DNA of 64,000 nt from assembly GCA_022483015.1 (NCBI GenBank), contig JAKVOB010000001.1:952902-1016901 (forward strand), read 5' to 3'. Shown here in pieces: positions 44,548-53,944 of this stretch. The notes under the pieces were generated by a model that saw only the letters and a program-made list of their open reading frames with translations, had not been told where the DNA came from and did no database searches. Position 1 is the first letter of the stretch; each line of letters starts with the position of its first letter. Origin of the DNA: Atopobiaceae bacterium. Its GTDB lineage: Bacteria; Actinomycetota; Coriobacteriia; Coriobacteriales; Atopobiaceae. The position numbers and the translations under genes were made by a program.

Positions 44548-45303
44548 ATGTTTCTCAAGGAGCGGCAGGACGCCATCGTCGAGCAGATCAACGCCTGTGG
44601 TCGCGTGACCGTGAGTGACCTCGCGGCGCGCTACGAGGTCACCGAGGACTGCATCCGCAAGGACCTCAAGACCCTGGCCGACCAGGGCGTGCTCAAGCGG
44701 GTCTATGGCGGTGCCATCATCGTGAGGGCGAAGCCCGAGCTGAACGCCCGCAAGCGAATCGGCACCAATGCCACCCAGAAGCGCGCCATCGCCGAGAAGG
44801 CCCTCGCGCAGATCGAGGATGGCGACACCATCTTTCTCGACGTCTCGACCACCAACCTCGCCCTGGCGCAGGCCATCGCCGCCAGCCAGCGCACGCTCAC
44901 CGTCGTCTCCAACATGGTCGACATCCTCCAGGCTCTCGCCGTGAGCGACGCCGTGACCGCCATCGGCACCGGCGGCACCATGAACCTCGACCAGGACGGC
45001 TTCTATGGGGCTTACACGCAGGAGTTCCTGCGGGCGCTCCACTTCGACCGCGCCTTCATCGGCGCCCTCGGCGTCGACCTCGGGTCCGGCGACGTCCTCA
45101 CGTTCGACCTCGACGACGGCCTCACCAAGCGGGCTGCCATGCAGAACGCGGCCTGCGCCTACCTCATGGTCGATGCCAACAAGTTCGGTGCCGGCGGGAC
45201 CTATCGCTTTGCCACGCTCGAGGACTTCGACGTCGTGGTGACCGACAAGGCGACGCCCGCGACCAGGCGAGCCATCAAGAGGGCAAGCGCCACCTGCCTC
45301 TAG
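44548..45303 (+). CDS. DeoR-family transcriptional regulator
   Basis: MFLKERQDAIVEQINACGRVTVSDLAARYEVTEDCIRKDLKTLADQGVLKRVYGGA + a DeoR C-terminal sensor. Confidence 0.88.
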   Translation: MFLKERQDAIVEQINACGRVTVSDLAARYEVTEDCIRKDLKTLADQGVLKRVYGGAIIVRAKPELNARKRIGTNATQKRAIAEKALAQIEDGDTIFLDVSTTNLALAQAIAASQRTLTVVSNMVDILQALAVSDAVTAIGTGGTMNLDQDGFYGAYTQEFLRALHFDRAFIGALGVDLGSGDVLTFDLDDGLTKRAAMQNAACAYLMVDANKFGAGGTYRFATLEDFDVVVTDKATPATRRAIKRASATCL

Positions 45304-45356
45304 CCCGCAGATGACGCTCGTCCGTCAACACACTGGTCCTTGTCGCGCACCGGTCC

Positions 45357-46022
45357 CTAGACCAGGGTGGTGCGTCCGTACGCCGCCTTCCAGTTGGCGC
45401 TGAACTCGTTCACGGCGATCTGGGTGCCGGGATGGTCGATCATCGCGAAGGCAACCGCCGGCGGGATCGTCACGGCCTGGATACCGGCAAGGATGAGCTG
45501 GTGGACCTGGTCGGTGTTCTTGAAGGACGCCGCGACCACCTTGGTGGGGAGGTCCTGGACGGCGAGCATGTCGACGAGCTCGGCCACAGCTCCCACGCCG
45601 TCGCCGTAGTTGCACATGCGGTTGACGTAGGGGGCCAGGTAGTCCGCCCCGTTCATGGCGGCCATGAAGCCCTCGTCGGCAGAGTAGATGGCCGTGGCGA
45701 GCACGCCCAGCCCCTCGGCCTTCGCGGCCTTTATGGCGCGCAGTCCGTCATGGGTGACGGGGATCTTGACGTACATGTTCTTCGGCCTGAGCCCGCAGAT
45801 GTGCCGGGCCTCGGCCATCATGCCGTCGAAGTCGGTCTGGACGGTCTGGACGAAGATCTTCTGCTCGGGCCTCAGCTGTTCCACGAGCCCGCCGATGACC
45901 TCCTCGGGGGTGCGGCCGCTCTTGGCGATGATGGACGGGTTGGTGGTGATGCCGCTCACGTCCAGGAGCCCGTCGAGCTCCTTGATGGCGCCGAGGTCTG
46001 CCGTGTCGAGGATGAGTTCCAT
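45357..46022 (-). CDS. Fructose-6-phosphate aldolase / short transaldolase (family 3B)
   Basis: MELILDTADLGAIKEL...GITTNPSIIAKSG...YVKIPVT. ATG 46022 after AAGGAGA. Confidence 0.85.
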   Translation of the reverse strand: MELILDTADLGAIKELDGLLDVSGITTNPSIIAKSGRTPEEVIGGLVEQLRPEQKIFVQTVQTDFDGMMAEARHICGLRPKNMYVKIPVTHDGLRAIKAAKAEGLGVLATAIYSADEGFMAAMNGADYLAPYVNRMCNYGDGVGAVAELVDMLAVQDLPTKVVAASFKNTDQVHQLILAGIQAVTIPPAVAFAMIDHPGTQIAVNEFSANWKAAYGRTTLV

Positions 46023-46117
46023 GTCTGTCTCCTTTGTCTGTCGGGGACCCGTGTCCCCGCTTCTGCCCTTAGGACTGCTGCCATTGGCGAGAGGAACGGT
46101 CCCTCTCGCGGACCCGC

Positions 46118-47011
46118 TCATTCACCGTGCACCACCGCCTTGATGCCTGCGACCTCGCAGGCATCCGCGACCCAGGCGACGTCCGCCTCGGTGAGCTGGG
46201 CAATGTCGCCCATGGAGTAGTCACGCCCCACGGTGGCGTACTTCGTCTCGCCCAGCTGGTGGAAGGGGAGCACGTCGGCCCGGCCGATTCCCAGGTCGAG
46301 CATCGTGGCTATGTTCGCGTCGACGTTCTCTGCCGTGTCCGTGAAGCCAGGGATGATGGGCATGCGCGCGATGACGTGCGCGCCCAGCGCGAGCACGCGA
46401 CGGAGGTTGTCGTCGCGCAGGTCGCAGTCGATGCCGCACACCTCGAGGCTGCGCTCCCGGTCGGCGACCTTGAGGTCGACGAGCAGCTCGTCGCAGGAGC
46501 CCAGGAGCGCCTCGGGATCCGCGATCGGAACCGCGAGGGTGGTCTCGATGGCGGTGTGGATGCCCCGTTCGTGGCAGGCTTCCATGAGCGCCACGCAGAA
46601 CATCTGGTCAAGGAGGCATTCGCCGCCCGAGATGGTCATGCCGCCCCCGCTCTCCTCGAAGAACGGCGTGTCGCGCGCCACCTCGGCCGCCACGTCGTCG
46701 ACGCCCCGCATCCGGCCCACGAGCCTCTTGGCCTCTGTGGGGCATCTCTCGGGTGGGGTGGTGCACAGGCCGTCCGGGCCCATCGGCGAGCAGTGGATGC
46801 AGAGGCGCTCGGTGTACGAGACCTCCGGCGCGGCCGAGAGGTTCTCGGGGTTGCAGCACCACGGGCATCTGAACGGGCAGCCCTTGAGGAAGACGACCGT
46901 GCGGATGCCTCCGCCGTCGTGGAGCGAGAAGCGCTGCAGGTTCGAGACACACCCCTCGGGGGCGCGTCCCGACCGGACCTGGTCGTCCCTCTCCATGGCC
47001 TGCCCCCTCAC
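46118..47011 (-). CDS. Glycyl-radical enzyme activating protein (radical SAM)
   Basis: CPFRCPWCCNPE (CxxxCxxC) plus additional Cys clusters. Overlaps the GRE stop by 4 nt. Confidence 0.9.
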   Translation of the reverse strand: MRGQAMERDDQVRSGRAPEGCVSNLQRFSLHDGGGIRTVVFLKGCPFRCPWCCNPENLSAAPEVSYTERLCIHCSPMGPDGLCTTPPERCPTEAKRLVGRMRGVDDVAAEVARDTPFFEESGGGMTISGGECLLDQMFCVALMEACHERGIHTAIETTLAVPIADPEALLGSCDELLVDLKVADRERSLEVCGIDCDLRDDNLRRVLALGAHVIARMPIIPGFTDTAENVDANIATMLDLGIGRADVLPFHQLGETKYATVGRDYSMGDIAQLTEADVAWVADACEVAGIKAVVHGE

Positions 47012-49392
47012 AGCGTGTGCTCGGTGCGGTTGATGATGTCGTCCTGGATGGCGCGCGAGAGCTCGACGAACATCGCCGAGTAGCCGGCCACGCGCACCAC
47101 GAGGTCCTGGTGGTCCTCGGGGTGGGCCTGAGCGTCGAGCAGGGTCGCGCGGTCCACCACGTTGAACTGGATGTGCTGGACCTTGAGGCGCGAGAAGGTC
47201 CTGAGGTAGGCCATGAGCTTGTCGAGGCCGCCGTCACCGGCGAGCGTGGCCGGCGAGAACTTCACGTTGAGCAGGCTGCCGTTGGAGTCGAGGGCGTTGT
47301 CGAGCTTGGAGACCGACCGCAGGCTTGCCGTCGGGCCATGGGTGTCGCGGCCGACCATGGGGGAGAGGCCCCCGTCGGCCAGTTGCTCTCCGGCGCGGCG
47401 TCCGTCAGGGGTGGCCCCCACCACGGCGCCGAGCGGGATGTGCGCAGAGACGGTGTAGCTGCCGGGCTGGAAGCGGCCGCCTCGGGGGTTCTGATAGCGT
47501 GCGACCTCGCTGCCGTAGTGGGCCAGGAAGCGCTCGCCGATCTGGTCCACCTCATCGACGTCGTTGCCATACTTCGGGTAGCGGTGGATGAGGCGCTGGC
47601 GGCAGGCCTCGTCGCCCTCGCCCTGCCAGTCGCGCGCGAGCATGGCCATGAGGCCGGCGTAGCCCATGCTCCTCTCGTCGAAGAGGACCTTGCGCATGAC
47701 CTCGAGGGAGTCGGCCAGGTTCGCCGTGCCCACACCTTGGACGCCCGAGGGGTTGTAGCGGGCGCCACCGGCGGTGATGTCGGTGCCCTTCGCGACCGAG
47801 TCATGCACGAGCGTGGAGAGCAGTGGCGTGGGGCTCGTCTCGCGGTGGGCCTCGTCGCAGGTGTTGCATCCCTCGACCATGAGGGCGACGTAGCGGTCGA
47901 TGACCTCCATGACGCTGGACTCGAGGCCATCGTAGGTGGCGAAGCCGTCGGGGTGCTCGGCCAGGGCGATCTCGAGGCAGCGCATCATGTTGAACATGCA
48001 GATGTCGTGCAGGCCGTACATGCGGCCTGGGATCGAGAGCTCCACGCAACCCACCACCGCGTAGTCGCGTGCGTCGGCCAGGCTCACGCCCCGGTTGGTG
48101 AAGGCCAGGACGTTGGCCTCGTCGTTGAAGACCTGGGGCACACCGTCGCCCAGGCGGATGATCCTGCATGCCTCCCTCAGGAGCGGTGCCGGGGTGTTGT
48201 CGTGCAGGCGCAGCGACAGGTTGGGCTGCGGGAGGCGCGTGTCGGCCTGCACGTCGAGCAGCAGGCTCGAGAGCTCGTTGGTGCAGTCGTGCCCGTGCTC
48301 GTCGAGCCCGCCGACCACCAGGTTGAAGCCTATGGGGAAGCCGGCGAAGAAGCGCGCGCTCTCGGTCGAGCGGATGGCCACGATGGTGTTGCACTTGAGG
48401 TAGAAGCACTGGATGAGCTCGCGGACGCGGGCGGCCGCCTCGTCCGGGGCAAGGCCTGCCTGGGCAAGCTCGTCCATCGTGGCCTGGTAGTAGGGCCAGA
48501 GGTACTGGTCGGCCCGACCGAGCGAGAAGGAACTCGCGTTGGACTCGTGCTGGAGCACGACCTCGACGAGCCACACCAGCTGCAGGGCGTCATAGAGGTC
48601 GCGCGCCGGCTGGCGTGCGATGTGGGCGAGGACCTCCGCCATGCGGGTGAGCTCGCCGGCGCGGGCGGCGGAGGTGCCAGGGGTGGCCGCCAGCGTGCGG
48701 ACCTCGTGCTCGTAGCGGCCGACGTAGGCGATCACGGCCTCGAGGCAGATCCTGGAGGCGGCGTAGAAGTCATTGTCGGGGTAGGTCGTGGCGAGGGCCG
48801 CGACGTCGTCGAGGATGGCGCCGAAGCCGCGCTCGAGCACCATGGGGAAGTCGCAGATGATGTGCCCCTGGCCCTTGTCGGTCTGGGCCACGGCGAAGAC
48901 CTTGGTCCTCTCGGCCTCCAGGACGTCCGGGGCCACATGGGCGCGGTACCAGTCGTTGAGGCTCCGGCCTGCCCAGAAGGGGTAGAGGACGTCGCGATAG
49001 AACGCCTTGTCCTCCTCGCTCATCTCGAAGGTGTCCTGGGGCCGGGTGGGGAAGTCGTCGAGCTCGTCCAGGATCCAGTACGGACTCATCTCAGGGGAGA
49101 CCACGCCGGCGCGTGGCTTGGCACTGCGGTTCCCTACCAGGAGGTCATGGTCGTCGATCACGATTCTGTGGTTCTCGAGCAGGTGGCGCAGGGCCTTGGC
49201 GCGCCTGATGACGGGGGCCTCGCCCTCCGTCTGCTGGTAGCTCTCCATGTAGAGGGTGGCGCGCTCGAGCGAGACCTGGCGCCTCTCGGAAAAGAGCGAG
49301 TCCCTGATTGCCTGCGTGCGCTTGGTGAGCATCTTCGAGCCTCCGTCCGCGTAAGGGCACGTGCCGAAGTCACGCCATGCCGTGACTATCAT
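47008..49392 (-). CDS. Glycyl radical enzyme, PFL-like dehydratase/lyase type (substrate unknown)
   Basis: 794 aa. C-terminal glycine-radical motif VVRVAGYSAMFVEL. Single-Cys loop VVGCVELSIPG rather than the PFL Cys-Cys. Confidence 0.9.
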   Translation of the reverse strand: MIVTAWRDFGTCPYADGGSKMLTKRTQAIRDSLFSERRQVSLERATLYMESYQQTEGEAPVIRRAKALRHLLENHRIVIDDHDLLVGNRSAKPRAGVVSPEMSPYWILDELDDFPTRPQDTFEMSEEDKAFYRDVLYPFWAGRSLNDWYRAHVAPDVLEAERTKVFAVAQTDKGQGHIICDFPMVLERGFGAILDDVAALATTYPDNDFYAASRICLEAVIAYVGRYEHEVRTLAATPGTSAARAGELTRMAEVLAHIARQPARDLYDALQLVWLVEVVLQHESNASSFSLGRADQYLWPYYQATMDELAQAGLAPDEAAARVRELIQCFYLKCNTIVAIRSTESARFFAGFPIGFNLVVGGLDEHGHDCTNELSSLLLDVQADTRLPQPNLSLRLHDNTPAPLLREACRIIRLGDGVPQVFNDEANVLAFTNRGVSLADARDYAVVGCVELSIPGRMYGLHDICMFNMMRCLEIALAEHPDGFATYDGLESSVMEVIDRYVALMVEGCNTCDEAHRETSPTPLLSTLVHDSVAKGTDITAGGARYNPSGVQGVGTANLADSLEVMRKVLFDERSMGYAGLMAMLARDWQGEGDEACRQRLIHRYPKYGNDVDEVDQIGERFLAHYGSEVARYQNPRGGRFQPGSYTVSAHIPLGAVVGATPDGRRAGEQLADGGLSPMVGRDTHGPTASLRSVSKLDNALDSNGSLLNVKFSPATLAGDGGLDKLMAYLRTFSRLKVQHIQFNVVDRATLLDAQAHPEDHQDLVVRVAGYSAMFVELSRAIQDDIINRTEHTL

Positions 49393-49557
49393 TTGCCATT
49401 AGTCTATCGCGTTTCATCTTGTTTCGCAAGAGGGCCGTCGGCAGGTAAGATGGGTGCCGAGAGGACCACTTCTCGCCCCTGTGGCCGAAGGCCCTTCGCG
49501 TCCCGCTGCCAGGTGGCCGCATCTAGGCATATACGACTGGACCTGAGAAGGGCAGAC

Positions 49558-51750
49558 ATGAAGACCATCACCCTCACGACCGACCATGCCACCTACCAGA
49601 TGGGCGTGACCGATGCCGGCCGTCTGCTCCACACATACTTCGGCCCCAGGGTCCCTGACGACATGGGATATGCGATTGCATCTCCTGACAGGCCCTTCTC
49701 GGGGAACCCGGCCGATGGGCTTGACCCAGCCTTCTCCCTTGACGTCCTGCCGCTCGAGTACCCCACCTATGGCGTGGGCGACTACCGGCGCGCCGCCCTC
49801 GACGTGCGCACGGCAGACGGGACTGACGGCTGTGACCTGCGCGTGGTCTCGTGGGACCAGCACGAGGGGAAGTACGCGCTCGACGGCCTGCCTGCCGTCC
49901 ATGCCGCCGCCGCGGATGCCTCGACGCTCGAGGTCAAGCTCGCGGACGAGCTCATCGGCCTCGAGGTCACCCTCCGCTATGGGGTCATTCCTGGCCTTGA
50001 TGCGATCTGTCGCTCCGCCACGGTGACCAATGTCGGCACCGAGCCGCTCGTGGTCTCGCGTGCGCTCTCGGCCAGCCTCGACCTCGTGGGCGGCCCCTAT
50101 GACCTCATCACCTTCCCTGGGCGCTACGGCATGGAGCGCATCCCCGAGCGTTCGGCGGTGGGACATGCCTTGGCCTCGGTCGGCAGCATCCGCGGGGCCT
50201 CGAGCCACCAGGCCAACCCCTTCGCGATTCTCGCGGAGCATGGGTGCGACGAGGACCACGGCACGTGCTGGTCGATGTCGTTCCTCTACAGCGGCAACTT
50301 CACCTGCGAGGCCCAGCAGGACCAGTTCGGCATGACGCGCTGGGCGATGGGCCTGTCCGACCAGATGTTCGAGTACCCGCTCGCCCCCGGCGAGAGCCTC
50401 GTCTGCCCCGAGGTCGCCATGGCCTTCTCGGCAGATGGCCTCGCGCACCTCTCGCACCTGAACCACAGGCTGGTCCGCGAGCACGTCTGCCGCGGCCCCT
50501 GGGCGCTCCGCCGTCGTCCCGTGCTCATCAACAACTGGGAGGCCACCGGCTTCGACTTCACCGGCGAGAAGATCTACGACATCGCGAGGGAGGCAGCCGA
50601 CCTTGGCATCGAGATGGTCGTGCTCGACGACGGTTGGTTCGGCGCGCGCGATGGCGACCGTGCCGGTCTGGGCGACTGGGTCGTGAACGAGGGCAAGCTC
50701 GGCGGCACGCTCGGGGAACTCTCCCGGCGCATCGAGGGCCTCGGCATGGGCTTCGGCCTCTGGATCGAGCCCGAGATGGTCAACGAGGACAGCGACCTCT
50801 ACCGGGCACATCCCGACTGGGCCCTCACAGTGCCGGGACGCGAGCCCATCCGCGGCCGCAACCAGCTCGTGCTCGACTTCTCGCGGCCCGAGGTGGTCGA
50901 CGCGGTGTTCGAGGCCATCTGCAAGGTGGTCGATGCCGCGCACGTGTCGTACCTCAAGATGGACTGCAACCGCAGCATGGCGGACGTGTATTCGCACGCC
51001 GTCGTCCACCAGAGCTTCGGAAAGACCATGTACCGCTTCGTGCTCGGCACCTACTCCTTCCTCGAGCGCCTGATCGAGCGCTATCCGCAGATGCTCATCG
51101 AGGGCTGCTGCGGCGGAGGCGGGCGCTTCGACGCCGGGATGATGTACTACACGCCGCAGGTCTGGTGCTCGGACGACACGGATGCCATCGAGCGCGTGCG
51201 CATCCAGGGCGGCACCTCCTATGGCTATCCTGCTTCGGCCGTGGGCTCGCACGTCTCGGCGGTGCCCAACGCGCAGATAGGGCGCAGCGTCGACCTCGAG
51301 ACGCGCGGCGTCGTGGCGATGTCGGGGACGTTCGGCTACGAGCTCGACCCGGCTCGGCTCACGGATGCCGAGTGCGACGTCGTGAGGCGACAGGTCGTCG
51401 ACTACAAGCGGCTCTGGCCCCTCATCGCGGAAGGCGACTACTACCGGCTCGGCGCTCAGGACGGGCATGGTGACTTCGCTGCCTGGGGGTTCGTCTCACC
51501 TGATGCAGGGCAGGCCCTGCTTGACGTCGTCTCGCTCGATGCCCGCTGCAACGCCCCGGTCTCATACGTGCGCTGCAAGGGGCTCGACCCTGCGGTCGTA
51601 TACTCGCTGGAACTCCTGTGTGGGGAAGGTGGAGGCCAGGCCATGCCGACCGAGCTTTCGGGTGCCGCTCTCATGGCGTGTGGGGTGCCTGTGCCCCAGG
51701 TCCCCGGCGAGTACCACGCGTGGCAGTGGGTCCTCTCGGCACGCGGCTAG
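49558..51750 (+). CDS. Alpha-galactosidase (GH36)
   Basis: ...NNWEATGFDFTGEKI...VLDDGWFG.RDGD...GLWIEPEMVN...YLKMDCNR.... Only the 3' 2.2 kb of track ORF 47017-51750 is real. Confidence 0.9.
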   Translation: MKTITLTTDHATYQMGVTDAGRLLHTYFGPRVPDDMGYAIASPDRPFSGNPADGLDPAFSLDVLPLEYPTYGVGDYRRAALDVRTADGTDGCDLRVVSWDQHEGKYALDGLPAVHAAAADASTLEVKLADELIGLEVTLRYGVIPGLDAICRSATVTNVGTEPLVVSRALSASLDLVGGPYDLITFPGRYGMERIPERSAVGHALASVGSIRGASSHQANPFAILAEHGCDEDHGTCWSMSFLYSGNFTCEAQQDQFGMTRWAMGLSDQMFEYPLAPGESLVCPEVAMAFSADGLAHLSHLNHRLVREHVCRGPWALRRRPVLINNWEATGFDFTGEKIYDIAREAADLGIEMVVLDDGWFGARDGDRAGLGDWVVNEGKLGGTLGELSRRIEGLGMGFGLWIEPEMVNEDSDLYRAHPDWALTVPGREPIRGRNQLVLDFSRPEVVDAVFEAICKVVDAAHVSYLKMDCNRSMADVYSHAVVHQSFGKTMYRFVLGTYSFLERLIERYPQMLIEGCCGGGGRFDAGMMYYTPQVWCSDDTDAIERVRIQGGTSYGYPASAVGSHVSAVPNAQIGRSVDLETRGVVAMSGTFGYELDPARLTDAECDVVRRQVVDYKRLWPLIAEGDYYRLGAQDGHGDFAAWGFVSPDAGQALLDVVSLDARCNAPVSYVRCKGLDPAVVYSLELLCGEGGGQAMPTELSGAALMACGVPVPQVPGEYHAWQWVLSARG

Positions 51751-52060
51751 GTTCGTCCCTGGGCATCGGACCGTCGTTCGCGCGTGTTCCATCGCAAGGG
51801 TGCTTCGCTATGATGCCGTCGCGTCGGCCTCCTGGGCATCGCCTCCACGACGGGCGGGACATTCTTCAAGGGACCATTCGAGACGGTGGGCATCGAGGTC
51901 GTCACACCCGATGCCGCTGCCAGACGAGACGAGTCCCGTACCCTGCTTGGACACGATGGTCGCCCATGTGGACCGCCTTGTGGGCATGATCACGGGGAAC
52001 GTCGAGATGACGCGGCGTCCTTGCAGTTGGGCCTGGCATGTCCGCATCCTGCTCGAGGCG

Positions 52061-52744
52061 CTAGCGTCTCTTCGTGAGGTCCGTCCCCGTCAGGGTGAAC
52101 CTGCTCCTCTCGAAGCGTAGGGCCCCCTCGTCTCGCAGACGCCCCAGCTCGCTCGACATGGCGCTGCGGTCCACGCAGAGGTAGTCCGCGAGCTGCTGGC
52201 GGTTGAAGGGGATCTCGAACGAGGAGGACCCCTGCCGCTGTGACTCCGCCGACAGGTATGAGAGGAGCTTCTCCCTGGTCGTACGCTGTGCCATGCATTC
52301 GAGCTTGCGCGTGAGCATCAGGTTCTTCCGGGCGCTGACGTCGAGGAGGTTGCGGATGAGCCTCGTATGGAACGCGCAGGCCGAGGAGCAGGTCGTGAGG
52401 ATGCGTCTGACATCGAGGAACAGCACCTCGCTCTTCTCGGCGGCGATGACGCTCACCTCGAGGGGCTCTGATGGCATGGCGGCATAGGTCTCGCCGAAGA
52501 GGCCGCCGGCCTCGACCTCCGACAGGATCGTGCGGTTTCCCCAGAAGTCCTCCTTGACCACGTGGACACGTCCCGAGAGGATCTCTCCCACCTGTGTGGT
52601 GACATCGCCTGCGCGGAGGACGAAGCGGCCCTTGGCGTAGCGGTGCGTCGTCGCCGAGAGGCAGTCCAGCAGCGATGCGAGCTCATCGGGGTCGATGCCG
52701 TCGAAGAGCCGTGACTGGCCTACCAGCCCGAGGTCTGGACCCAT
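52061..52744 (-). CDS. Crp/Fnr-family regulator (HcpR-like by context)
   Basis: cNMP-binding-like N-terminus and C-terminal HTH (RTTREKLLSYL...QQLADYLCVDRSAMSSELGRL). Divergent from the hcp cluster. Confidence 0.8.
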   Translation of the reverse strand: MGPDLGLVGQSRLFDGIDPDELASLLDCLSATTHRYAKGRFVLRAGDVTTQVGEILSGRVHVVKEDFWGNRTILSEVEAGGLFGETYAAMPSEPLEVSVIAAEKSEVLFLDVRRILTTCSSACAFHTRLIRNLLDVSARKNLMLTRKLECMAQRTTREKLLSYLSAESQRQGSSSFEIPFNRQQLADYLCVDRSAMSSELGRLRDEGALRFERSRFTLTGTDLTKRR

Positions 52745-52836
52745 TCTGTTCCTCTCGTTGTAAATACAACAGACATCTGATTCTAGCCACATAGAGTGGG
52801 ACGTGACAAGCGGAGGTCCGACCAGAGGAGAGGGAT

Positions 52837-53541
52837 ATGAGGCGCAAGATCATCCAGATCGACGAGGACAGGTGCACCGGATGTGGGGCGTGCGCGCAGG
52901 CGTGTCACGAGGGTGCCATCGGCATGGTGAACGGCAAGGCGAGGCTGCTGCGCGACGACTACTGCGACGGACTGGGCGACTGCCTGCCGACCTGTCCAGC
53001 CGATGCCATCCACTTCGTGGAGCGGGACGCCGCGGCCTACGATGCCGCAGCCGTTCGGGAGGCCAAGGCGGCCAAGCGGGAGGTCGTCCAGCCGCTGGCA
53101 TGCGGCTGTCCGGGGACCAGGTCCCGCGAGATACGGCATGGGAGGGAGGAGCGTCCGACTGCTGCCGTGGCTCCCACCTCCCAACTCTCGCAATGGCCGG
53201 TCCAGATCAAGCTGGCCCCTCCCACGGCGCCCTACTTCGACGGGGCTGACCTGCTCGTCGCGGCGACCTGCTCGGCCTACGCCTTCGCCGACTTCCATGA
53301 CCACTTCATCCGCGGCCGCGTCACGCTCGTGGGCTGCCCCAAGCTCGATGGCGTCGACTACACCGAGAAGCTCGCCACGATCATCAAGGGCAACGACATC
53401 AGGAGCCTGACGGTCGTGCGTATGGAGGTCCCCTGCTGCGGTGGCCTGGAACATGCTGCTACCGAGGCGGTCCGTCTGAGCGGCAGGGACGTCCCCTGCA
53501 CGGTCGTCACGGTCTCGACCGAGGGCGAGATCCTTGGCTGA
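52837..53541 (+). CDS. 4Fe-4S dicluster ferredoxin-domain protein
   Basis: CTGCGACAQACHEGAI ... CDGLGDCLPTCP. Confidence 0.8.
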   Translation: MRRKIIQIDEDRCTGCGACAQACHEGAIGMVNGKARLLRDDYCDGLGDCLPTCPADAIHFVERDAAAYDAAAVREAKAAKREVVQPLACGCPGTRSREIRHGREERPTAAVAPTSQLSQWPVQIKLAPPTAPYFDGADLLVAATCSAYAFADFHDHFIRGRVTLVGCPKLDGVDYTEKLATIIKGNDIRSLTVVRMEVPCCGGLEHAATEAVRLSGRDVPCTVVTVSTEGEILG

Positions 53542-53929
53542 GCAGGGGGCTTCCGGGCAAGGGGGACGGCTGCTGGTGCGGCGCGTGTACCAGCAGGATC
53601 GACCCGCCGGAGAGACCCGGGTCCTGGTCGACCGGCTTTGGCCTCGTGGCATCAGGAAGGACGACGTCGACCAGTGGCACAAGGAGGTCGCGCCCACGGA
53701 CGGGCTGCGCAGGTGGTTCGGCCACGAGAGCTCGAGGTTCGACGAGTTCGCGCGGAGGTATCGATGTGAGCTGGATGCCAACGAGGCCACGGACGGATTC
53801 GTGCTCCTCTGCGCTCGTCTGCTCGAGGCCCAGGACGTCGCGCTCCTCTTTGCCGCGCGTGACTGCGAGCACAACAACGCCGTCGTCCTGGCCGGCTATG
53901 TCCAGGGACGACTCGACAAGCACCTCTAG
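53534..53929 (+). CDS. DUF488-family protein
   Basis: VLVDRLWPRGIRKDDV..WHKEVAPTDGLRRWFGH....F..F...Y..EL pattern. 8-nt overlap with the upstream gene. Confidence 0.7.
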   Translation: MAEQGASGQGGRLLVRRVYQQDRPAGETRVLVDRLWPRGIRKDDVDQWHKEVAPTDGLRRWFGHESSRFDEFARRYRCELDANEATDGFVLLCARLLEAQDVALLFAARDCEHNNAVVLAGYVQGRLDKHL

Positions 53930-53944
53930 AGAAGGAGACATGTC

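Noticed and set aside
47017-49557. The first 2.5 kb of the 1577-aa + strand ORF 47017-51750
   Set aside because: It is antisense to the glycyl-radical enzyme and its translation is low-complexity. Only the part from ATG 49558, with clear GH36 motifs, is a real gene.
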